Positions 39,391-53,399 of a DNA stretch of 64,000 nucleotides are shown here, piece by piece. The translations under genes and the position numbers were made by a program. This stretch comes from Folioceros fuciformis (lineage: Eukaryota), in assembly GCA_049999805.1 (NCBI GenBank), contig JBNGIO010006382.1:96234-160233 (forward strand), read 5' to 3'. The stretch's first letter is position 1. Each line of letters opens with the position of its first letter. The notes below the pieces were generated by a model. That model was not told the origin of the DNA and searched no databases. It worked only from the letters and a program-made list of their open reading frames with translations.

Positions 39391-39832
39391 ATTGAGAGGT
39401 AGGCCTCTTATTATTCCACATCATGATATTTTGGGATAATAAGTAGTTTTTAAAAATTCCACATCATGATATTTTGAGAACATTAGGTAGTTTTTGAAAA
39501 TAATATTCGTAGAAGAGAGTATATCTTTTTGCCTTTGGCCCTAATGGGGTTGTTCCTCCAATATGTAGAGTAGATGAGACTTTCCATTTCTTTTTCAATC
39601 ATAGAAAATACCCTTCCTTCGTAACAAGTTTTGCTTGGAACACACATCTTGTTTCTAAAGGGAGAGAGAAATATATCTGTTTCTACATCAAAATAGCTTT
39701 AGATTTAACTTTCACCTTTTTATTTTTAAATTTCATCTTATTTCACTTATGCCATTACTCTGAACGGCGTATACTTATCAATTATTGTTGTTAGCAGGGC
39801 GCTCAGAAAGCTAAAAGTTCTTCCTCGCTTAG

Positions 39833-41413
<1,581 letters not shown>

Positions 41414-41892
41414 CGGACGCTCTTCCCTTGAGAAATCTGACGTACTTTCCGTCTGCATTTCAGGGATGTAGTTTATTGCAGGACCTGTTCCATTCAGGTC
41501 TGGGGCCGCTAGCATGTGCTCGCCTATCGATCTGCGTGTGCTGTGTTATCAGTGCACACCGCACCACTGCCTTGCCCTTTCTGCCCATGTGGAGAAGCCT
41601 TAATGTGGAGACACATGTCTGGGCTGGCATGTGCCTCGCAGATCGATGGCACTGCGCCTCGGAGGGTGCAGCTCACCTCTGCTATGCCCGTTGCAGTCCG
41701 CGTCATTTTTACCGATCTCCGTGGCAACCTTCTAGGCGGTTGTCGTGTGGTTTGGATGAGATCGGTATTCTTCCAAGTTTTGTTCCAAAGGTGGAAACCG
41801 AAGTGGTTTATACGCCTAATTCCAGTGCACTTCTGATTTCCAAGCCCGAGTACGTCGTGTAGAGTACGTACTGTGGCAATGCGATGGAGTAT

Positions 41893-42781
41893 TTACAACT
41901 TTGTATTCAGACCTGCGGGACCAGCATCATCTCTTTCCAGGTTGTCCACAACTTCTCTGTGCATCTCCAACCTCAGTGACAAGTACAAAGAAGAACTCCA
42001 TCCTCTGCTTGCCAGCGCTTCGGCCTCTCTCAAGGCCCCCGCTGTAGTATCGAGCGAATTGTTGAAAGCACCGTCGACTATCCCAGCTTGTAGAGCCATG
42101 TCCGCTGTGTACTTTTTCTGCGTAGTAAACAATAGAAAACCTGTTTAGTTCGACACGCTGCTCCACTGGCACTGGCAGTGTGCAGTGGGGCCCCAGATCT
42201 GTGATGTGAGGTGCAATAATGCGCTCGGGTTGGTCACAGCAGACGAAACCATTGCAAACGCTAAACATTGCAGGACAAAAAAACATTCTCACCCCGGAGA
42301 GGATTGCATCCCTGAGTACACTCGGGCACAGCTTCCGCCTCATGAGCAGCATAGGGCCGCGCGGAATAGGAATGTCCACATCCACTTCACTCATGTAAAA
42401 GAATCCCCGATCCCTCCGCATGTAGCGATAATCGTGTGCCATAGCCAACAGCGCTCCTCCAGCGCACGTATGTCCACACAAAGCCGCCACCGTCGGCATG
42501 CTTAGATTCATAAACGCCGCCAGCAGCCGGTTGAGGCACCGTGCAAGCGCCGTCTTTCGCGTATCATCCGTCCCCCACTCCAGATCCAAACCATTGCAGA
42601 AATACCTTCCCTCGTTCACAGTCACCAGCGCTGCCGCAGCCTCCTCCCGGGCAGCCTTCACCGGCTCCAAAGCATCAAGAATTTCCTGCACGGAGCCCGG
42701 ATTCAGCCTGTGCTCTCCCTCTCCCAGCAGCGTGAGAATCCACACTCGCCCGCGCCGTTCCAAGCTGCACATCGAGGCCAT
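41893..42781 (-). CDS. Peroxisomal delta3,delta2-enoyl-CoA isomerase (ECI-like, crotonase fold), 2 exons
   Basis: MCSLERRGRVWILTLLGEGEHRLNP, EGRYFCNGLDL, MPTVAALCGHTCAGG, HDYRYMRRDRGFFYMSEVD; exon 2 ends with a PTS1-like TKL*. Confidence 0.92.
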
Positions 42782-43514
42782 GCCGGCCAGGAACTCGATA
42801 CCACCTCCTTCTTCTTCCTGCGATCACATGCCGATCGCCACGAATTGCAGAGTCCGCACTCCACACTGATATTACAGGATTTGCGAACATCCGGTCGTAT
42901 CGCGGAATCGACTGACCGGGATCGGGATCCGGCGGAGGAAGCCTCGACGAATGCACGCCGTTTAACGGACGTTAATCCCCGTTCCGTTTATGGGAGTAGG
43001 GCCCGTTGCGCCTGGTGGGACCGTGATTGAAGCGAGTAAACTCTCTCTTCTGCGCGGGTCTGGCGGCCGGGCTAGACGTCTCTGGCAGGCGCTGGCGCAG
43101 GCTTGAGCGTTTCCGGGCGTGTCTAGCCCGGTCGCTCACTGCTCTCTTGCAAGCGTTCTCCTCTCCCGCTCCTGTCTCTGTCTGTCCCGCTCCCGCTGCT
43201 GCTCCATTTCGTGCCTCCATCTCCGTCCTCTTCCGCGTCCGTCTTTCAATTTTTTGCTGCTAGCTTTGGCGCTCCCTCCTCGCGCGCCTGCGTCTGGGAG
43301 CTTCTCACGGCAAAGCGTGGGGCACGGACCTGCTCGAGGGAGAGAGGAGGAGGTGGAGGAGAAGGAGGAAGAAGAGGAGTAGAGGAGCAGGACGAGCAAG
43401 AGCGGCGGTGGTGGCGGGTTGTGCGGAAGCTTCCGAGCAGGCGCCGACGGGGAAGATGAGCTTTTAGAGCAGCGGCGGCTCGCCGGTGGAGCAGCAAATA
43501 AGCATTGGAGCACC

Positions 43515-45005
43515 ATGGCGTACTCGGGGGGTCCCATCACCACGGAGAGCATTCAAAAGGTTGCTCTGAACCATAGCGGGGCTGGCGGGAATTTGTTTCA
43601 TCGTCTGTCTGTCTGCGTGCGGTTGGGGTGTTCGCTAGTGTGGGGCTTTAGGATTGTGGAAATATTCTGGTGGGCATGGAGTTGCAGTTTGCGTGTGCAG
43701 CTCCGTCCTTGTGGGACGTGGAGAGCAACGTGGAGTGAAATCCTGTGGAGTCTGGCTTTTGAGAGAGGGAATTGCAGGAGATGGAGGAGAGGGAGGAGTG
43801 TTGCGGTGTGAAATTTGTGGCGACTGCTGGAGAGGTTCGCGGGGCAATAGCGCCATTGTGGCTGTGAATTGCTGTGACGGCCGACTGGTTTGGCTCGCGC
43901 GGAATTGTTTTTGGATTCTGTGCTGTACTAGTCAAGGGCTGTGCTGCCGAGTTTCTTGTACTGAAAACCTAATGTTTGACGGTCAAGCTCAGCTAAGCTC
44001 TCAAGGTGTGTCCGTGTCTGCCTCTGGCAAGCCAGGTCCGATTCTTGTCAGAGTTCCTCCGTATCATTTTTTAGGACACAGATGTGCCGACATTAAGAAA
44101 ATCTTCTGTTTACTTACGGTGGGGTGGTTTTCGCTGGTTGCAGTATCTGGACGAGAATAAGCAGCTGATTCTTGCTATCCTGGACAACCAGAATCTTGGG
44201 AAGCTGAACGAGTGTGCATCGTGAGTCTTGTTGCTTCTACTTCGTTGTCTTGAGGATGTATGCAGGAACGTAAGACTGTTGTGTGACGAGGAGAGGCTCT
44301 GATGTTGAGGGACTTACCTGTTGCGCATCCACAGGTACCAGGCCAAGTTACAGCAGAATCTCATGTATTTGGCAGCAATAGCTGATGCACAACCGCAAGC
44401 ACCTCAAACGTCAGCTCAGGTGAGGAACATGTACTTGCAGCCGTTATACTTGACTTTCTCCTGCAGGGGTCATCATGTAATTTCACTTCTTGAGCGTTGC
44501 CTGTTCCGTGCAGGGTCCTGGGGCGGCTGCAGTCCAACAAGGGCAGTACCTCCAGCAACAGCAGCAGCAGCAGCAGCAGCAGCACATGGCCCAGCATCCA
44601 GGCCTGCTTCAGCAAGGCCAACGCAACCCAGCCCAATATATGCAGCAGCAGCAGTCACATGCGGCTCATCAACAGCAGCAAGGAATGCACGGGGGACAGC
44701 AAGGCATGGTGCCAGGAGGCACCAACGCCATGCCCCACATGATGTCCACGGACCCTTCACTTGGCGGCAACGGGACCACGTCCTCCGCCGGTGGCTTCCC
44801 TGACTACGGCCACGGCGTGAAGGCAGGACCTGGCTCGAGGGAGGGCCTCCAATCTGGAATGGGCATACAGCATGTAGAGATGCGAAGCAGCGGGGGCCCG
44901 AGCTCAGAGCACATGGGGGTGGCTGGTAGCATGGGCCAGGGGCACGCCCGAGACGACTCCGAGCCTTCCTATTTGAAGGCCTCAGATGAAGACGGCAGCA
45001 CATAG
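43515..45005 (+). CDS. GIF: GRF-interacting factor (GIF/AN3, SSXT domain), 4 exons
   Basis: ITTESIQK|YLDENKQLILAILDNQNLGKLNECAS|YQAKLQQNLMYLAAIADAQPQ followed by a Gln/Gly-rich tail. Confidence 0.95.
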
Positions 45006-45646
45006 AGACATCCCAGAGCGTGCGAAGCAAATGGTGTATGTCCTGCTCTTCTGTTAGTTGCCCGGTGGTTTGCGGATTCGAATGTAGTGAGTTATCTAGC
45101 TAGGAAGGAAGTGACTAAACACAGCTGCCTTGGCAGCCCAACCTCCAGTTTTTCCTCTCGCCCCCTTTTTGTCCTTTTGCTGTTGAGGTTGTCGGACACA
45201 TTTCCTTACTACAGTACTTCCGTATATAGTTGGAATAGGTGAATACATGTGAATACCCAGGTAGGTACATCCATACATATATAACATATGTGCGTAGATT
45301 CCTTCTTTTTATTTCGGTTCTTACTCCTTTTTGGTTCAGAGAGCGCTGTGGGTACCACCATTCGTTTCCTTCTCCACGGGACAGGAGGGTGGCAAGGGAA
45401 CCAGGGTTTTCGGACTACTGTACCGTGTTTGCCTGAGGGCCTGCTACGTCCCTTGGTTTCCTGCACTCTACGTGTAACAGCTCAGAACAGAGCTTGAGCT
45501 CACCGTCTCTTTGTACGGGATGCATGTTTGTGGATTTTGTGATGGATACGACGCAGACAAATTTGATGAGGTGCAAGAGTCGGGGGCAGGTGCATGATCT
45601 GGAGCGCTGGGGTTGGTGGGTTCTGTAGAAGCTGAGAAGAGCGGCC

Positions 45647-48600
45647 ATGGATGCAGAGGGGCAGGAGGTGGAGTCAGCAGGGGGCGAGAGCTGCGTACTG
45701 GGAGGAGGAGGAGGAGGGAGCGGGAGGGCCGAGGGTGATGGTGAGTATGGACGGCAGGAGGAGGAGGAGGAGCTGGTGTACCCCTGGGTGGGCCTTCTGG
45801 GCAAGGCAGGCGGGTCTGTTGGGGAGGCGGCTGTAAGGGCTACCTTCTCTGAGTTCAACCCCAAGCGGGTGGTGGTGTTCGAGGGCGATGGCCGGGAGGC
45901 GGGATCGGCTGTGGCGGCTCTGCTCTTCGACAAGAGCCTAGAGGGGTATCAAGACGGTTTCGCGTTCGAGAGGTGTTTTCTGGACAAGGGACGGCATAGG
46001 AAGGCGTGGGGCAGGGCTGCTGGCCGCGGGGCTGGCGGGGCAGGGGAGGATGGATCCCGCTCTGGCAGCTTCTATGGGTGGCTGGCGGGGCGGGAGGACT
46101 TCTACAAAGGGGATGAGGTGGGCAACTTCCTTTTCCAGCATGGCGAGCTCAAGTCCGTGGCTATGGTGGCGGAGGAGCAGCAGGCCAAATACGAGCGGCG
46201 GCTGGAGTTTTTGAGCCTCGCCAGTGCCAAGAAGCAGGAGAGCATGGCGCAAGAAGTGGAAAAATTGCGAGCCCTGGAGGCCGATCTGGAGCGGAAGAAT
46301 GAGGAGCTGCGGGGGCTCAGGGCGGACTCGGCTCGGCAGGTGCTGCGGGCCACTCAGAGCCTGGAGGCGGAGCTGGAGAGCGCTAGGTTGGAATTGGAAA
46401 AGCGGGACGCGGAGCTGGGAGCTGTGAGGGCGGAATTGGCTGCTGCGAAGGCCGGGCTTGCGGGTTTGGGAGGCGAGAAGAGGGAGGAGGAGGTGGGGGC
46501 GGAGCTGGAGAAGAGGACTGCCGAGATTGAGGATTCCGAGAGGCGGATACAGGGGGCTCTGGCTGCGCAGGTGCTGCAGGCGGAATTGGAGAAGCGGAAT
46601 GAGGAGCTTCGGGCTGTGAGGGCAGAGTTGGGCAGGAGGGAGGAGGAGGTGGGGGCTCTGAGAGCTGAATCTGCCAGGCACGTGTTGCAAGCGACGCAAG
46701 CTTTGGAGGGGGAGTTGGAGAAGCGGAATGCTCAGCTGGGAGCTGTCACGGGCGAGTTGGAGAGGACCTGCGCGGAGCTGGGAGCTGTGAAGGCAGGGAT
46801 GGAGAAACGGGGGGAGGAGTTGCGCGCTCTTAGGGCGGATTCTGCCAGGCAGGTGCTACAGGCGACGCAGGCGCTGGAGGCTGAGCTGGAGAAAAGGAAT
46901 GCCCAGCTGCGGGTTGTGGAGGCGGATTTAGCCAGCCAGGGTTTGGAGACTAGTCGGTACAAGGAAGCCACGGAGGCCTTGGAGGCAGAGTTGGGAAGGA
47001 GGAGTGGCAATTTGCGATTCTTGCAAGCGGAGGTTGGAGATTTGAAGATGATGTGGGGAAGTTTTAAGGAGAACTTCGTCGGTGAGGTTTTGAGGGCAAT
47101 CGAGGCTGCCAGAGCAGATTTTGAGAGGAAGAGGGAGGAGCTGGTGGCCTTGGTTGCTGGGTATGGTGTTCGAGGGAGGCTGGCAGAGGAGATGAGGAGT
47201 AATGAGGTGGTGGGAGGTGTGAAAGCGCAGGTGCGGCAGGAATCGCATAACTTAGATGCAGAGGGGGGGAGGAGCATGGAGGAAGAGTTGCAGGCGTCGC
47301 AGTCTTCGGAAGCAGAGATTCAGAAAGGGAATGTAGAAACGTCCGCTTCGAGGGCAGAGAGCTCGAGTCAGAGTATGCGAAAGGTGCAGAGTCTGGAGGC
47401 GGAGTTGGAGAAGAAGAATCGGGAGTTGTTTGCTCTCAAGGCAGAATATGCGAGGCAGATTGTGCAGGCGACGCAGGAGTCGCAGAAGGAAGCGGAGCAA
47501 TTGCGGCAAGAGCTGAAGAAGCGGAATGTAGAGGCTGGGGCTGGAACCCATCCTTCTGCTGACGGAAGTGCAGAGACGCTGCAGGCCCTGAATGAGCGAG
47601 CGGATCTGGTGTGGGCCATAGAATCGCTGAAGGAGATTGTGGAGAGGATGAGGGAGGAGAAGGAGGGCCTGAGCCTGCAGCTGGAGGAGTCTGTCAAGGC
47701 ACGCGTTGAACAGCAGGTTCAATTGGAGAAGATGAGGGCGGAGCTGGAATGTAAGATAGAAGAAGTGCAGGATACTGCTAGAGCTTCGGTGAAACAATCG
47801 TTTGAATTTGCCTTGATTCAAAGCAACCATGGCAAGCAGCTCAGGGATCTCGGGGAGAGGTTGGCTGACAAGACACGAGCGTTAGAGTCTATGACTCGTC
47901 AGAAACAAGACCTGCACGACCGGATGGGGCTGCAGAGCGAGGCTCAGTCTTCGTCTGTGCAAGAATTCTACCTTGAAGTTATGGTTTGGGCCAAGGAGCT
48001 GGCCGACCGGCATAATGTTATCAACAGTCTGCATGAGACCTTGGAAGCGAAGGAACAGGAGGCTGCTGCCTTGAGGGCAGACGTAGAGAGGAGCCATAAG
48101 GAGTTTTCTAGGGGCATGTTGAAGAGTGTGGAGGCTTCTCCACCAAGAGCTGACAATCTGGTGTTACCACCCAAGCAGGACAACCGTCGGCCGGAAAGAG
48201 CACGGCAGAAGACAGTGGCGCAGGCTGGGCCCGTTGTGACAAACACCAGACAGAGTGAACGCAGAAAAGTTGGCAGTCGACCTTCTAGATGTGGTAAACC
48301 TCGCACCTGTGGTGTTGTCGGAGTTGAAGGGGAACTCCGTCTGTCGCTCAATTTCATTGCTTCTCAGCGCGGGCCCGTCTAATCTCACGATACATCTCGT
48401 ACGGTGTTCCTGACAACTGGTTGCGTTGTTGCCCTTGGCAGCGAGGAAGTCTCAAAGCAAAGACCGAAACCACCGCTGGGAAGAAGATGACGACGACGAC
48501 GGCGAGGACGACGAGGATGACTATCGTGCTAAGAAGGCCAGGAGAAGTGTCTCGATCGCAGGGCTACCTCTGACACTCCAGTGGAATGTGGGGGAGTTAG

Positions 48601-49104
48601 TGTTTCTGGAGTCGGAGGACGTACACAAGTGGCCTGCTGTGGTAGGCAGCGCATCCAGATAACTCTTTGGGCATGTGAGCTTCCTGTCTCGCTCTAGCGC
48701 ACAATCTGACACTTCTTGGAGCTGTGATACTTCATCTCAGGTTCAGCAGCGTGGTGAGAATGAGCCGCAACAACCTGGCAAGGTGCCTGTCCGAATGTGT
48801 GGGTCAGAGGAAACGTAAGATGCTAAGATTCGGCCGCTCGTTGCGCTCGAGGTGCTGCTGCTTGTGCCTGAACTGTCGACCGTGTCTGTGTGTCAGGATT
48901 GTTGTGGACGAAGAATTACTGGGCAAGTTCACCGCAAACGATCGCCTCCTGCTGCCCAACGCAGTGCAGTCTGATCCCAAGTTCAAGGTTGCAGTCGACC
49001 AAGCTTGTGCTCTCTGGGACCAACAGCAGGAACAGATCCGTTCTCGACGCAATCAGAACCTGGCAACTAAACGGAACCAGTCACCCGCGAAGCCGAGAGG
49101 CTAG
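45647..49104 (+). CDS. XS domain + long coiled coil + C-terminal PWWP-like domain protein (exons 45647-48293, 48442-48641, 48741-48814, 48897-49104)
   Basis: XS-like LVYPWVGLL..FSEFNPKRV..LLFDKSLEGYQDGFAFERCF..FYGWLAGREDF..VGNFLFQHGELKSV; about 700 aa of heptad-rich coil; phase-consistent GT-AG splicing to WNVGELVFLESEDVHKWPAVVQQ..VPVRMCGSEETIVVDEELLGKF..DPKFKVAVDQA. Confidence 0.8.
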
Positions 49105-50580
49105 GACTTTGGGTCAATATCCCAAGGGCCTCCAGAAATGACCCGTCACGGGCTCGGAAGGTGCGTTCTCAGCTGCGCAGTCTCGGGTGAGGGAGGACTT
49201 GAAGGTTATCCTCATGGGCGCGTCAGAATCCCAGCGGAAAGCGCAGGATTCATGTTTCGAGCTGTGGCGGCAAGGAGGCCAGGAAAATTGCAGCTGCACC
49301 CCCAGCTGCGAAGGTAACGTGGATGCAGGTTATGACCAAGCTTCAGAAGCATAGCAACGACCGTCTTCATCTGTGCCGAGGCTTGAGAGCGTGCGACGTC
49401 TGTGTGTGAAACTTGCACAGGACGGCGGTAGGAAGAACGTCTTGGCTCTCGGAATCGCCATCACCCAGTCTTTTAGTTGCTGCTAGAAGCCTGTGTTGTG
49501 ACAGACAGGAACGTGGTCCTCAACCACCACTCGTGTGGTCTCCATGGAGGACAAGGCTGACCGAATGATTCTCCAATCTTAGTTGCGATTCTCGGGATAA
49601 GCTATGTGGGGACACTTCAATGCCGCGTACGCAAAAGGCAAGTGTAAAGCTGGTCCTAATGGGACCTTGAATTCGATGGTATGACTTGACATGTCCAACA
49701 AGTGGTGATCTCCCCGCCCTCGCATGCTCCTCCCTCGGACCTCTTCCGCAATCTGTAACTTCACTTTCGCTCCAGTGGCCTGCAGGTTCCTGAAAGGACA
49801 ACGTAAAAGACAGTCTTCCTGGGAAAGCGTGGGGTCGCCGAAAGGCCCACTCGGCGCCGCTCTTCCAAGTCATGAGTGGAGACAGGAACTCGCGATCCCG
49901 ACGGAGGTAGGTACGAGATTAGCGCCGCTTTGTCCTAAAACCTGACCTCGAAGGGCACCCAATGTAACCCGCCGTAGCAACAGAGTCAACTTTGCTTAGC
50001 AAATCAGTCGTCCAACCACCGAACATCTCACCTACCTTGAGGCTTGACTCTTGTAGTAGATAGAGGAAGGCAAGGCGCACTGCCATGAGCTTCGACTCGC
50101 AGTCAGTGCTCCCGATCAATGCCTGTGTGTACGTCGCTGTTGCCTAATACTGATTCAGCAAGTGCCTCGGGTGCCTGGAACCTGGCAGAAAAGATTGTGA
50201 GAATACCACTTGTGCTTGAGAATCATGGCCAGAGGCATCTGCCATGTGGCAGAAGGTTGGAGCAGCTGTCGTATTCGCATGGCCTTCTGGAGTCATGATG
50301 ACGGTGGAGGGCCATCGCTGTTGCAGGGAAATGAATACGTACTAAGCTTTCTGGTTTCAAATTGGTGAGGCAGCAACCACACTGGCCGGCTCTGTTGAGC
50401 GTTTGTCTGCCGTATGCAAACACGTTTTTGGACTGTTGCGAGCTTGGACCACAGTCGTTGCAGTATCCGGTGGGCAGTTCGAACGTCCAGATCCCAAGTT
50501 TCAGTGGCTGGCAATGTGCTCCAGGTTGCAGCCGTCCAATTGTGCGTGCAATCGCCTGGACTCGGCTTTGCAATCGTGAC

Positions 50581-53101
50581 ATGGTTTGTCCGAAAGCCAA
50601 CCGGCATCCCAGCATGTGTGGAGTCCCAGGAAGGCAGCTTGTGTGCAGGGCGATCGTGGTGCTGCTTTTGGTGACAATCTCTGGCGGAGCTTGCCAACCT
50701 GGACCGGGAGACATTGGGATTTTGCTGGCCTTCAAAGGTGGTGTTGTGGAAGACCCGCTGGCTACCTTGAATGACTGGAAAGCACCTTCTTATCCCGATG
50801 CAACTGCAACACCCTGTCATTGGGCAGGCATTTCGTGCAACAAGAATTCCCGTGTTGTGGCAGTGAGTCTTGCACGCAAAAGGTTGAATGGGTCCATTGA
50901 CGCTTCCATTGCCAGTCTGCCGTTCTTGCACACCTTGGATCTGTCCTCCAACCATTTCTCTGGGAGCGTTCCAACCGCGCTGGCCAAGGCCTGGCGTTTG
51001 ACGCAGCTGGTTCTGAGCTCCAATTTGTTGTCTGGTCCCATTCCGCCTGAGCTGGGAAATCTAACCAGATTGCAGGTGCTCAAGCTGCAGGACAACCGAC
51101 TGACTGGGTTCATTCCACCTCAACTGGCCAACTGCACATCTCTGACTGCGCTAGATGTTGGGGGCAACAAGCTCATCGGGGGCACAATTCCGCATTCTCT
51201 GGGACGGCTCAAGAACTTGTCGTCTCTCCGAGCAGCAGGCAATAACATCAGTGGCGAGATTCCTTCAGAATTGGCGCACCTAACGAGCTTATCCCTCCTG
51301 GATCTGAGGGACAATCAGCTAGGAGGGAATTTATTGCGGGTCCGCTGGAGAAATTTGACTCAACTCACCTCTCTCAAGTTAGGATACAATCAATTCACGG
51401 GGAACTTCAACAGATTGCCAAGATTATTTGGGAGGCAGCATCCGCTCCAGGTTCTGTCACTGACGAAGAACAAGCTCATTGGGTCCCTTTCTGAAGACCT
51501 TGCCCATGTGTGGGCAAACTTGACCACGATAGACGTGAGTTCAAATGGGTGAGTGAATTTGCAGCTGTTCTCATCTCGTTTGTGTGATATTGAGCTTCTC
51601 CACAACCGCAACTGACGGATCCACACCACGTTCGCTGCACAGGTTGACAGGAGCAATGCCACGCTCCCTCTTCTTTCTGCAACAATTACAGGCGTTGAAC
51701 TTCGGAAGCAATAATCTAACGGGAGGCATCCCTGACAGCCTAGGGAACTGTACAAACCTAGCCAACATCAACCTCTCCCGCAACAGTGTTTCAAGTGCCA
51801 TCCCGTTCAACATATACTCGCTCACCAAGCTTTCGATTCTGGATCTTTCTCACAACAACATCACGGGTGGCATACCTCCCAATGAGGCCACCCAGCTTTT
51901 CCCTGAGCTCCTGCAGTTAGACCTGTCCTATAACAAGCTAACGGGCTACCTACCATCTGACCTGGGCTCTTATCTTCTGAAACTCATTACCTTAGATCTG
52001 TCCCACAACCTATTTGAAGGGTTCATCCCCATCAGTCCCATCTTTGAGTCTAAAGTGCCGGCGTTGCAGATCTATGATCTTTCTGCTAACCAGCTTAGAG
52101 GGCCGGTACCGGCGAGCTTAGGCACTCTTCGAAACCTGCAATTCTTGTCCTTGTTTCAGAACAGATTCAGCGGCAGCATTCCTGATTCTCTTGGGAATTG
52201 TACGTCTCTCCAATGGCTGGACTTGCAACAGAACAGCCTGGAGGGAAACATACCTGACTCGCTGAGCAACCTGTCAGCCATCAGGGTGTTCAGCCTGTCG
52301 GACAATGATCTTACAGGCCCCATCCCTGCCTGGATAGGAACCAGTTTTCGGGAGTTGCAAATCTTGAACCTTGCTCGAAACAAGTTTGTGAGCTCTTTCC
52401 CGCAGGACCTTTCTGGGTTGCTCGGATACTTGCAGGAAGGGAGCGCAGACTTGAACAAAACTCTGGACTTCGAGATTCCAATCGTCATCAAGGGAAACCC
52501 TCAGACCTTCATATATCTGCTACAGACCACAACGGCCATTGATGTGTCGGCCAATGCTCTGGACGGGTACATTCCTGATTCCTTGGGGAATTTGGTGGGT
52601 TTGCACTACTTGAATATGTCCTACAACAATCTACAGGGCAGAATTCCATCAAGCCTGGGGCGCCTCCAGCTGCTGGAATCCCTAGACTTATCATCCAACG
52701 ATCTGTCAGGTGAGATTCCGTCGACTCTATCCAACTTGCCCTACATTGCCAGCTTCAACGTTTCCTACAACAACCTGACAGGACCCATACCGACCGGCCC
52801 TCAATTCCAAGGGTCATTTGGTGTGTCCTCATTCGAGGGCAACCCTGGACTGTGTGGCTTCCCACTCCCGCCCTGCACTTCAGCACCACCTGAGCAAACA
52901 CCGGATGCTCCAGGGGCAACATCTGACGAGAGCTTCATGGACTTCACAGCGTTTGCCATAGCGTCCACTGTGTCCTTCATCGCCAGCCTTGGTATGACAC
53001 TGTTCACCAATGTTGGATGGAATTACATCAGTGGGGGACGGGGACCGCGACTAGAAGAGCCCGAGAGCTACTTCAGACGATACGGAGCTTTTGCAGGATG
53101 A
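50581..53101 (+). CDS. LRR receptor-like protein (no kinase), 2 exons (intron 51549-51642); start codon uncertain
   Basis: Signal peptide, LRRNT (LLAFK..DPLATLNDW..PCHWAGISC), many LxxLDLSxNxLxGxIP repeats, an island followed by four LRRs, GNPGLCGFPL, a TM helix and a short cytoplasmic tail. Confidence 0.92.
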
Positions 53102-53399
53102 AGGCCTCATTCCCAAGGCTGCTGCCTGTGTAAGACCAGGAGTTGAAAAATGCAACGTTCCATTCTACTCTCGCGTCTTTAGTATGGTGTGCCAAACCCG
53201 GTTTCATTTTGGACACATGTCCGGAAGACGACGTGGAGAAAACCATCCATTGGGGTACCTGCATGAAGCAGGCAAAGTCAACCTCAGCCTATCTAGGATT
53301 TCTGAGTCGAGAATTTTTCCTGGAGCCGAGAATTTCAGTGTCGGATGGAACATCCCGCCTGCGCCTCGATCCTAGTAGGGGAATTCAGCCGTGGATGGC

